From Dellaglioa algida DSM 15638 (GTDB taxonomy: Bacteria; Bacillota; Bacilli; Lactobacillales; Lactobacillaceae), in contig NZ_AZDI01000001.1 in NCBI RefSeq assembly GCF_001434695.1, positions 33,043-57,042 of the forward strand: DNA of 24,000 bases. Reading direction: 5' to 3'. Within the stretch, counting starts at the first letter, position 1. Each line of letters begins with the position of its first letter. The notes beneath the pieces are model-generated. The model made no database searches. It was not told the DNA's origin and saw only the letters and a list, made by a program, of their open reading frames with translations. This document shows, piece by piece, positions 8,580 through 14,944 of this stretch. A program made the translations under genes and the position numbers.

Positions 8580-8588
8580 TGATATAAT
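8580..8588 (+). promoter_or_regulatory. Candidate extended -10 promoter for ecsAB
   Basis: TGATATAAT (TGn plus TATAAT) lies about 38 nt upstream of the ecsA start, in the divergent hit/ecsA intergenic region. Confidence 0.5.
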
Positions 8589-8625
8589 TAGAGTCATAAA
8601 TAAAATGTAAATGGGGAATCGGCAA

Positions 8626-9363
8626 ATGACATTAGAAGTTAAAAATTTAGTGGGCGGTTACTCTCAAATACCAGTTTTAAAAGATATTTCTTTTGCAGTT
8701 AAACCTGGAAATGTAGTGGGTTTAATTGGACTAAATGGTGCTGGTAAATCAACCACAATCAATCATATAATTGGATTATTAACCCCACAAAAGGGCTCTA
8801 TTAAATTAAACGGAGTGACGTTAAGAGAAGACAGTCAGGCTTATAAATCACACCTGGCCTATATTCCGGAGACGCCAATATTGTATGAAGAGTTAACATT
8901 GAAAGAACATATAGAACTTTCGATAATGGCTTATGGCCTGGACAATGATCGAGCTTGGAAGAAAGCTAACGAGTTACTAAAAATATTTAGACTCGATAAT
9001 AAATTAGATTGGTTTCCGGCTAATTTCTCTAAGGGAATGAAGCAAAAAGTCATGATTGTTTGTGCTTTTTTAACGGAATCAGATTTTTATGTTATTGATG
9101 AACCATTTCTTGGCCTGGATCCTTTAGCGATTAATGATTTACTTGAGTTAATTGTTTCTGAGAAAGAACGCGGGGCGAGTGTTTTAATGTCAACTCATGT
9201 TTTGGCTACCGCTGAAAAGTATTGTGATTGGTTTATTTTGTTAAATAAAGGTGAAATTAAAACACAGGGAACTATGGTTGAATTGAGACAGGCATACAAT
9301 AAATCTGATGCTTCTTTGGACGAAATATATCTCGGTTTAACTAAGGACGAGGTAACGAGATGA
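8626..9363 (+). CDS. ecsA: ABC transporter ATP-binding protein EcsA
   Basis: Motifs: Walker A GLNGAGKST, signature variant FSKGMKQK, Walker B FYVIDEPFLGLD. ATG 8626 is preferred because GGGGA sits 8 nt upstream; ATG 8611 is an in-frame alternative without an RBS. An ATGA overlap links it to ecsB. Confidence 0.88.
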   Translation: MTLEVKNLVGGYSQIPVLKDISFAVKPGNVVGLIGLNGAGKSTTINHIIGLLTPQKGSIKLNGVTLREDSQAYKSHLAYIPETPILYEELTLKEHIELSIMAYGLDNDRAWKKANELLKIFRLDNKLDWFPANFSKGMKQKVMIVCAFLTESDFYVIDEPFLGLDPLAINDLLELIVSEKERGASVLMSTHVLATAEKYCDWFILLNKGEIKTQGTMVELRQAYNKSDASLDEIYLGLTKDEVTR

Positions 9364-10577
9364 AAGACTTATGGACTAATCGTTTAAAGAGTCATCAATT
9401 ATTATTATTAAAGTATTTAAGGTACGTCTTGAATGATCATTTTGTGGTTGCGATTATGTTCTTCGTTGGTGGATTAGGATTAGCATACTCTAACGGATTA
9501 AAAGTCATGCCAATTAATTTAATTTGGTATCGACCTGCTTTGATTGTTGGATTACTAGTCATTTTACAAATTGGTCGATTAAGTACTTTATTGAAAGAAG
9601 CAGATATTGTATTTCTATTACCACAGGAATACACATTAGGTACCTATCTAAAAAAAGCGAAACGATATTCAACAATTATGGCTAGTTTGATGCAACTCGT
9701 GTTTATCGTTCTTCTTATTCCTGTCATGATGATTGGTATGAAGATTACGTTGATGGATGTTATTTTTTTAATTTTTACGCAGCTCTGTTTAAAAAATAAT
9801 TGGCTGACAGTTTCTTTATTGGAAAAATATCAAAATAATCGATTTGGTAGATTAAATAAGACGCTAGTTACTGGGCTCTTACCAATTGTTATTTATTCGA
9901 TTGGCTTGTATGGTAGTTTTATTGTGAGTTTTATCATTGCTGTGTTGAGTAGCTTAATATTAAGCTATCTATCGGTTCAGGATTTTAAAGAGATTTTTGA
10001 TTGGAAAAAAGCCATTAGCTTTGAAGAGAATAGAATGCTGGGCATTTACCGCTTCTTTAATTTATTTACTGATGTACCAATGGTTAGGGGACAAGTTAAA
10101 AGGCGGGCATACCTTGATTTTATTTTAAATCGAGTGAGGAAAGATGACAAAAATGTGTACATGTTTTTATATGCACGAGGGTTCATTCGTGGTACTGAAT
10201 TTAGTGGCTTATTTATTCGATTAACATTAATTGGTGCACTAATTATCGCGTTTATACCGGTCGGATGGCTGGCAATTGCCTTTTTAGTTTTATTCATCTA
10301 TCTAATTGGCTTCCAACTATTACCATTTGCAAAGCATTATGACAATATTATTTTTACAAGATTGTATCCAAGGGGAAAAGACTTCCAAATTAAAAACTTT
10401 AAAAAATTTACTTTAGTCGTTTTAGGGATAAGCGCGTTATTTTTAAATATGGCACTTTACATTGGTACTGGACAATTAATGATGCTTGGCTACGGTATTT
10501 TGGCAAGTTTAATTGAAATAAGTTTGTTTACGAAATTTTACTTAGTTACTAGAGTAAAAAAAATCCTTGACGTATAA
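9360..10577 (+). CDS. ecsB: ABC transporter permease EcsB
   Basis: 405-aa polytopic membrane protein. It is start/stop coupled (ATGA) to ecsA. Size and position match EcsB. Confidence 0.85.
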   Translation: MKDLWTNRLKSHQLLLLKYLRYVLNDHFVVAIMFFVGGLGLAYSNGLKVMPINLIWYRPALIVGLLVILQIGRLSTLLKEADIVFLLPQEYTLGTYLKKAKRYSTIMASLMQLVFIVLLIPVMMIGMKITLMDVIFLIFTQLCLKNNWLTVSLLEKYQNNRFGRLNKTLVTGLLPIVIYSIGLYGSFIVSFIIAVLSSLILSYLSVQDFKEIFDWKKAISFEENRMLGIYRFFNLFTDVPMVRGQVKRRAYLDFILNRVRKDDKNVYMFLYARGFIRGTEFSGLFIRLTLIGALIIAFIPVGWLAIAFLVLFIYLIGFQLLPFAKHYDNIIFTRLYPRGKDFQIKNFKKFTLVVLGISALFLNMALYIGTGQLMMLGYGILASLIEISLFTKFYLVTRVKKILDV

Positions 10578-10595
10578 TGTCGATGTTTGTAATAT
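10567..10595 (+). promoter_or_regulatory. Candidate sigma-A promoter for ytmP-like/trmB, embedded in the ecsB 3' end
   Basis: TTGACG (10567-10572), 17 nt of spacer, then TAATAT (10590-10595). The ytmP-like ATG lies about 48 nt downstream and is preceded by AGAAGAGG. Confidence 0.5.
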
Positions 10596-10642
10596 AAAAC
10601 TATAGGGTCAGAGGTCAGTCGAGAAGAAGAGGTAGTAATAAG

Positions 10643-11431
10643 ATGGATTTCAACTTAGATCCCGGTTGGCAATTGTTACCAATTGGTGGAGATACGGGTA
10701 CCGCATACATGGGAACTAGAGCTCAAGAAAAGGTATTTCTAAAACGAAATATGTCACCTTTTTTAGCTGCATTATCGGTTGCTGGTATTACACCAAAATT
10801 AATTTGGACTAAACGTATCTCAAGTGGGGATACATTGACTGCTCAAGAATGGTTAAATGGGCGAAATCTGAATTCTGACGAAATGAGCCAGAAGATGGTT
10901 CCTGAATTATTATCTAAAATACATCGTTCAAAACAACTTAGAAGCATGTTGAGTCAGGTTGGTGGAGAAATAATTACGCCAAGTGGCCTTTTGGCAGATT
11001 ATTTTGATGATCTAAGTAGTGACTTAAAAAATCATCCTTTGTTAACTGATATTTTTCACCAATTAAATGAACAGCAACCTGGGTTATCAACCGATAATTA
11101 TACAGTTTGTCATGGTGATTTAAATCACAGAAATTGGTTGCGATCAGATACAAATCAATTATATTTAGTTGATTGGGAATCTGCAAAAATCGCCGATCCA
11201 GCCATGGATTTGAGTTTAGTGATGTCCGAGTATATTCCTAGTTCGCAATGGCGTGATTGGTTAAAATCATATCACGAATCTTTGGAAGATAATGATTTAC
11301 TGAACCGAATTAATTGGTACTATAAAATGGCAATCTTACAACGGATTAAAAAAGCACATGGACTTGGTCGATTCCATGAGATGAACCAAGCGCTTGTAGA
11401 ACTACAAAAATATAACGCAGAAATGAATTAA
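10643..11431 (+). CDS. Phosphotransferase (APH/choline-kinase fold) family protein, YtmP-like
   Basis: Kinase-fold catalytic motifs HGDLNHRNW and LVDWESAKIADPAMD. It lies immediately upstream of trmB, as ytmP does in B. subtilis. Confidence 0.85.
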   Translation: MDFNLDPGWQLLPIGGDTGTAYMGTRAQEKVFLKRNMSPFLAALSVAGITPKLIWTKRISSGDTLTAQEWLNGRNLNSDEMSQKMVPELLSKIHRSKQLRSMLSQVGGEIITPSGLLADYFDDLSSDLKNHPLLTDIFHQLNEQQPGLSTDNYTVCHGDLNHRNWLRSDTNQLYLVDWESAKIADPAMDLSLVMSEYIPSSQWRDWLKSYHESLEDNDLLNRINWYYKMAILQRIKKAHGLGRFHEMNQALVELQKYNAEMN

Positions 11432-11436
11432 AGAGA

Positions 11437-11480
11437 AGTGGGGCTAAAACGATTAAACCGTTCTAGCCCCACTTACTTTA
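11437..11480 (+). terminator. Terminator-like hairpin after the ytmP-like gene
   Basis: AGTGGGGCTAAAACG pairs with CGTTCTAGCCCCACT (15 bp, one mismatch). The T-tract is poor (TTACTTTATC), so it may be a leaky terminator or a processing hairpin. Confidence 0.55.
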
Positions 11481-11504
11481 TCAAATGAAATGAGGACATA
11501 TAAG

Positions 11505-12164
11505 TTGAGATTAAGAAATAAGGCATGGGCTGAACCACTGATTGCTGAACATCCAGAATTACTTGTGACGTCACCGAATCAGTTTAAAGGTAAATGGCAG
11601 TCAAGATTTGAAAAAAAACAACCTTTATTTATTGAGATAGGCATGGGCAAAGGTGGATTTATTATGGGGATGGCTGAAAAGTTTCCCGAATATAATTTTA
11701 TTGGTATTGAATTACAAACGACAATTGCGGCAATTACGTTAAAAAAACAAGTTGAAGCCAAGATTCCCAATTTACAATTAATATTAGGAAATGGTGATTC
11801 AGTTACCGAATTCTTTGATGATAACGAAGTTGATGGCGTCTATTTGAATTTTTCAGATCCATGGCCAAAAACGAGACAAGCCAAGCGCCGCCTCACACAT
11901 GGTAGCTTTTTAAAGGGATATGAACAAGTTATGAAAGCGGATGGTCATCTTGAATTTAAGACGGACAATCGAGGATTATTTGAGTATTCATTAGTTAGTT
12001 TAAATGAGTATGGAATGGCTTATGATCAGGTTTGGCTCGATTTACATGCAAGTATAGAGGCTGAAGATAATGTGATGACAGAATATGAAGAAAAGTTTAG
12101 TAAAAAGGGTCAACCAATCTATAAATTAGAGGCACACTTTATGCCGACTGGAAATCTGGAATAA
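11505..12164 (+). CDS. trmB: tRNA (guanine-N7)-methyltransferase TrmB
   Basis: SAM-binding EIGMGKGGF and the DPWPK motif. TTG 11505 (MRLRNKAW...) is preferred because GAGGA at 11492-11496 is 8 nt upstream and TrmB N-termini usually begin this way. The track ATG 11490 overlaps that RBS. Confidence 0.85.
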   Translation: MRLRNKAWAEPLIAEHPELLVTSPNQFKGKWQSRFEKKQPLFIEIGMGKGGFIMGMAEKFPEYNFIGIELQTTIAAITLKKQVEAKIPNLQLILGNGDSVTEFFDDNEVDGVYLNFSDPWPKTRQAKRRLTHGSFLKGYEQVMKADGHLEFKTDNRGLFEYSLVSLNEYGMAYDQVWLDLHASIEAEDNVMTEYEEKFSKKGQPIYKLEAHFMPTGNLE

Positions 12165-12182
12165 TAATTCCAGATTTTTTTG
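12152..12182 (+). terminator. Rho-independent terminator after trmB
   Basis: AAATCTGGAAT (12152-12162) pairs with ATTCCAGATTT (12167-12177), followed by a T-run. The left arm overlaps the stop codon. Confidence 0.85.
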
Positions 12183-12251
12183 TACTTATTATTTTCAATA
12201 ATAAAGAATGTGAACTAGATTAGTGGCCCAAATGGTAAAGAAGATACATTC

Positions 12252-12307
12252 TTAGCTTCTTTTATGGTAGTATTATATAATATAAATTAAGTAATACTAC
12301 GGTAGTA
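12252..12307 (+). promoter_or_regulatory. Candidate promoter of the M42 peptidase gene with an operator-like inverted repeat bracketing the -10 box
   Basis: TTAGCT (12252-12257), 18 nt of spacer, then a perfect TATAAT (12276-12281). A 9-bp inverted repeat, GTAGTATTA (12267-12275) and TAATACTAC (12292-12300), flanks the -10 box. GGTAGTA occurs as a direct repeat at 12266 and 12301. Confidence 0.45.
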
Positions 12308-12354
12308 AATAAAAATATAACCAATTTTTCAGACAAAATGAAAAGGGGATTTTA

Positions 12355-13437
12355 ATGATGAATGATAAAACGTTTAATTTAGTTAAGACAATGACAGAAC
12401 TTCAAGCAACAAGTGGGTTTGAAAATAATGTTCGGGATGTTATGCGCGAAAAAATGACACCGAATGTTGATGAAGTTGTCCAAGACGGTTTGGGTGGCAT
12501 TTTTGGTATTCGTAACAACGCAGATACAAATGCACCTAAAATTATGACTGCCGCTCATATGGATGAAGTTGGATTTATGCTTGCTGCAATTAATGATAAC
12601 GGTCTATTTTCAGTTCGTCCCCTTGGCGGATGGAACCCATTCGTTGTTTCTTCACAACGATTCACATTGACAACTCGATCAGGTCAAACATATCCAATCA
12701 TCTCATCTTCGGTATCACCACATTTATTACGTGGTGATAATCATCAAAATGCGACACCACAAATTAATGATATCTTATTTGATGGGGGCTTTGAATCAGC
12801 CGCTGAGGCAAGAGAATTTGGTATTGCACCTGGTGATTATATTGTGCCGGATGTTGAAACAATTAAAACGGCGAATGGCAAAAACATTATTAGTAAGGCT
12901 TGGGATAACCGCTACGGTTGTACAGCTGTATTAGAAACGCTTGAAAAATTAAAAGATACAACATTACCCAATACATTATTTGCTGGTGCCAATGTTCAAG
13001 AAGAAGTCGGCTTACGAGGTACACCGGGTGCAGTAAATATGTTAAAACCAGATTTGTTCTTTGCTGTTGATTGTTCTGCAGCAAATGATCTTGAAACAAC
13101 AAAGGGAACGTTTGGTCATCTTGGTGAGGGCACATTGATTAGAATTTACGATCCAAGATTAGTGACACTTCCAAGATTAAAAGAATTCTTGTTAGATACT
13201 GCTTCAGACAATAATATTCCATACCAATACTTTGTTTCTCAGGGTGGAACTGATGCCGGTGCTGCACAAACCGAAAATAATGGGATTCCAAGTTCCGTGA
13301 TTGGTGTTTGCGCGCGTTATATTCACACGCATCAAACAATGTTTTCAATCAGAGATTACGAAGCAGCGAAAGAATTGCTTGAAAAAACAATTTTAGGATT
13401 AGATCGTTCAACCGTTGATACAATTATTAAGGGGTAG
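12355..13437 (+). CDS. M42-family metallo-aminopeptidase (glutamyl aminopeptidase PepA / YtoP-like)
   Basis: M42 hallmarks: LQATSGFE near the N-terminus, metal-ligand region AAHMDEVGF, catalytic NVQEEVGLRG. AAGGGGA RBS upstream; ATG 12358 is an equally possible start. Confidence 0.88.
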   Translation: MMNDKTFNLVKTMTELQATSGFENNVRDVMREKMTPNVDEVVQDGLGGIFGIRNNADTNAPKIMTAAHMDEVGFMLAAINDNGLFSVRPLGGWNPFVVSSQRFTLTTRSGQTYPIISSSVSPHLLRGDNHQNATPQINDILFDGGFESAAEAREFGIAPGDYIVPDVETIKTANGKNIISKAWDNRYGCTAVLETLEKLKDTTLPNTLFAGANVQEEVGLRGTPGAVNMLKPDLFFAVDCSAANDLETTKGTFGHLGEGTLIRIYDPRLVTLPRLKEFLLDTASDNNIPYQYFVSQGGTDAGAAQTENNGIPSSVIGVCARYIHTHQTMFSIRDYEAAKELLEKTILGLDRSTVDTIIKG

Positions 13438-13442
13438 TAAGC

Positions 13443-13763
13443 TTGGAAAAATTAGAAGTTTTAGAAACCAATAAATTAAATGAATTGTTGGCAAATGGAA
13501 AGTCTTTATTTTACTTCACCGCAGGTTGGTGTCCAGATTGTAATTTTATTGAGCCAATGATGCCCGAGATTGAAGCAGAGTATACTGATTTCAATTTTTA
13601 CAAAGTTGATCGAGATGAACAGATTGAACTTTGCCAAGAATGGGGTATTTTTGGCATTCCAAGTTTTGTTGCATTTGAAAACGGAAATGAACTTGACCGT
13701 TATGTAAGTAAAGATCGTAAGACAAAGGAACAGATTGAAGCATTTATGAATAAATTAAACTAA
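13443..13763 (+). CDS. ytpP: Thioredoxin-like protein (YtpP-like), WCPDC active site
   Basis: The CxxC motif FTAGWCPDCNF is characteristic of YtpP-type thioredoxin-like proteins. TTG start at 13443 with GGGG 8 nt upstream. 106 aa. Confidence 0.85.
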   Translation: MEKLEVLETNKLNELLANGKSLFYFTAGWCPDCNFIEPMMPEIEAEYTDFNFYKVDRDEQIELCQEWGIFGIPSFVAFENGNELDRYVSKDRKTKEQIEAFMNKLN

Positions 13764-13778
13764 TTGGGGGTGATGGCC

Positions 13779-14237
13779 ATGTTTGAGCAAATTTATAAAA
13801 AAGTAATGGTAGGGATTGATGGCAGTGCACAATCTGAGCGTGCATTCAATCAAGCTGTCGATAGCACTTTGAAAAATGAAGCAAGTTTGTTAATCGTACA
13901 CGTTGTGGAACGCAGTGTTGATAATACATTTTCAGAGGACGAGGATGACGTTACGACTGAAGTTAGACGGTTAAATGATACATTGGCCGACTACAAACAA
14001 GTCGCGTTAGATAAGGGTGTCAATCATGTTGAAACGATATTGGCTTATGGGTCTCCTAAAGTGTTATTAAGTCGAGAAATACCAGAAGAAAAACATGTTG
14101 ATTTAATTATGGTTGGTCAAACTGGTGCTAATGCCGTTGAGCGATTTGTGAATGGGTCAACGACGGATGCAATTCTTAGAAATGCGTCTTGTGATGTTTT
14201 AGTCATCAGTGATAAAAAGAAGGGAATTAACAAATAA
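13779..14237 (+). CDS. Universal stress protein (UspA family, ATP-binding subtype)
   Basis: VMVGIDGS N-terminal motif and the G-x2-G-x9-G-S/T motif (GQTGANAVERFVNGST). ATG 13779 is preferred because GGGGG at 13766-13770 is 8 nt upstream. The track TTG 13764 and ATG 13773 are poorly spaced. Confidence 0.85.
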   Translation: MFEQIYKKVMVGIDGSAQSERAFNQAVDSTLKNEASLLIVHVVERSVDNTFSEDEDDVTTEVRRLNDTLADYKQVALDKGVNHVETILAYGSPKVLLSREIPEEKHVDLIMVGQTGANAVERFVNGSTTDAILRNASCDVLVISDKKKGINK

Positions 14238-14239
14238 AT

Positions 14240-14878
14240 ATGTTGATATCAAGTTATAATTTAAAAAATGTTGGTGATACATTAATGGTCGTTTTACGTG
14301 AAGACGTGGAACAACAAAGTTCAGAGTTAAAAAATAATGTTGTTCGTATTTTTGATGGAAAATCAAATATGACTTTAGGATTTAATTTTTTGAAAATTTC
14401 TGAAGCGTTACCCAATTTAATTGGTAACGGACAAGTTTTTTTAACTGAAAATCAGGTTGAAAAATTAAATGAATTAATCGCTTCTGCTGGATTTGATGAT
14501 AAACTGGTTCTTGATGAAGATCCTAAGTTTGTCGTTGGATATGTAGCAGAATCTACGGAACATCCTGATTCTGATCATTTACATGTCACAAAAATTCAAG
14601 TTAACAACAATGAGATGTTAGACATCGTTTGTGGTGCACCTAATATTGAACAAGGCCAACTTGTGGTTGTTGCTAAAGTTGGTGCGATGATGCCAACTGG
14701 TGCTATTATTTGGCCGGGTAAGTTACGTGGAATTGAAAGCTACGGGATGGTCAGTTCAGCTCAAGAATTGGGTATTCCAAATGCGCCCACCGCTCATGGT
14801 ATTCTAGTTTTAGATGATAAGACGAATCATGTTGGCGATGCGTTTGATTTCGAAAAGGTAGCTAGATTATTTGCATAA
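14240..14878 (+). CDS. ytpR: tRNA-binding-domain protein (YtpR / CsaA-Trbp111-like OB fold)
   Basis: The C-terminal OB-fold region (HPDSDHLHVTKIQV...CGAPNI...GIESYGM) is typical of the PheT/CsaA tRNA-binding domain. Size and position upstream of sftA match ytpR. Confidence 0.85.
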   Translation: MLISSYNLKNVGDTLMVVLREDVEQQSSELKNNVVRIFDGKSNMTLGFNFLKISEALPNLIGNGQVFLTENQVEKLNELIASAGFDDKLVLDEDPKFVVGYVAESTEHPDSDHLHVTKIQVNNNEMLDIVCGAPNIEQGQLVVVAKVGAMMPTGAIIWPGKLRGIESYGMVSSAQELGIPNAPTAHGILVLDDKTNHVGDAFDFEKVARLFA

Positions 14879-14890
14879 TATAGATTTATA

Positions 14891-14925
14891 AAAACTAATT
14901 GCAGTTATTGGCAATTAGTTTTTTA
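14891..14925 (+). terminator. Terminator-like hairpin after ytpR
   Basis: AAAACTAATTGC (14891-14902) pairs with GCAATTAGTTTT (14911-14922) around an 8-nt loop, followed by a T-run. An A-run precedes the hairpin. Confidence 0.7.
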
Positions 14926-14944
14926 CATAGTTAGGATGAAATTA

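Noticed and set aside
12323-12339. CodY-box-like sequence AATTTTTCAGACAAAAT upstream of the M42 peptidase gene
   Set aside because: The best alignment to AATTTTCWGAAAATT has about 4 mismatches in a very AT-rich region. It lies in the leader rather than at the promoter. Many Lactobacillaceae lack CodY, so the evidence is insufficient without the genome.
12731-13348. Three short ORFs (12731-12934 +, 12890-13135 -, 13139-13348 -) inside the M42 peptidase gene
   Set aside because: They are alternative-frame or antisense ORFs nested in a CDS with clear M42 motifs. They are typical AT-rich-genome noise.
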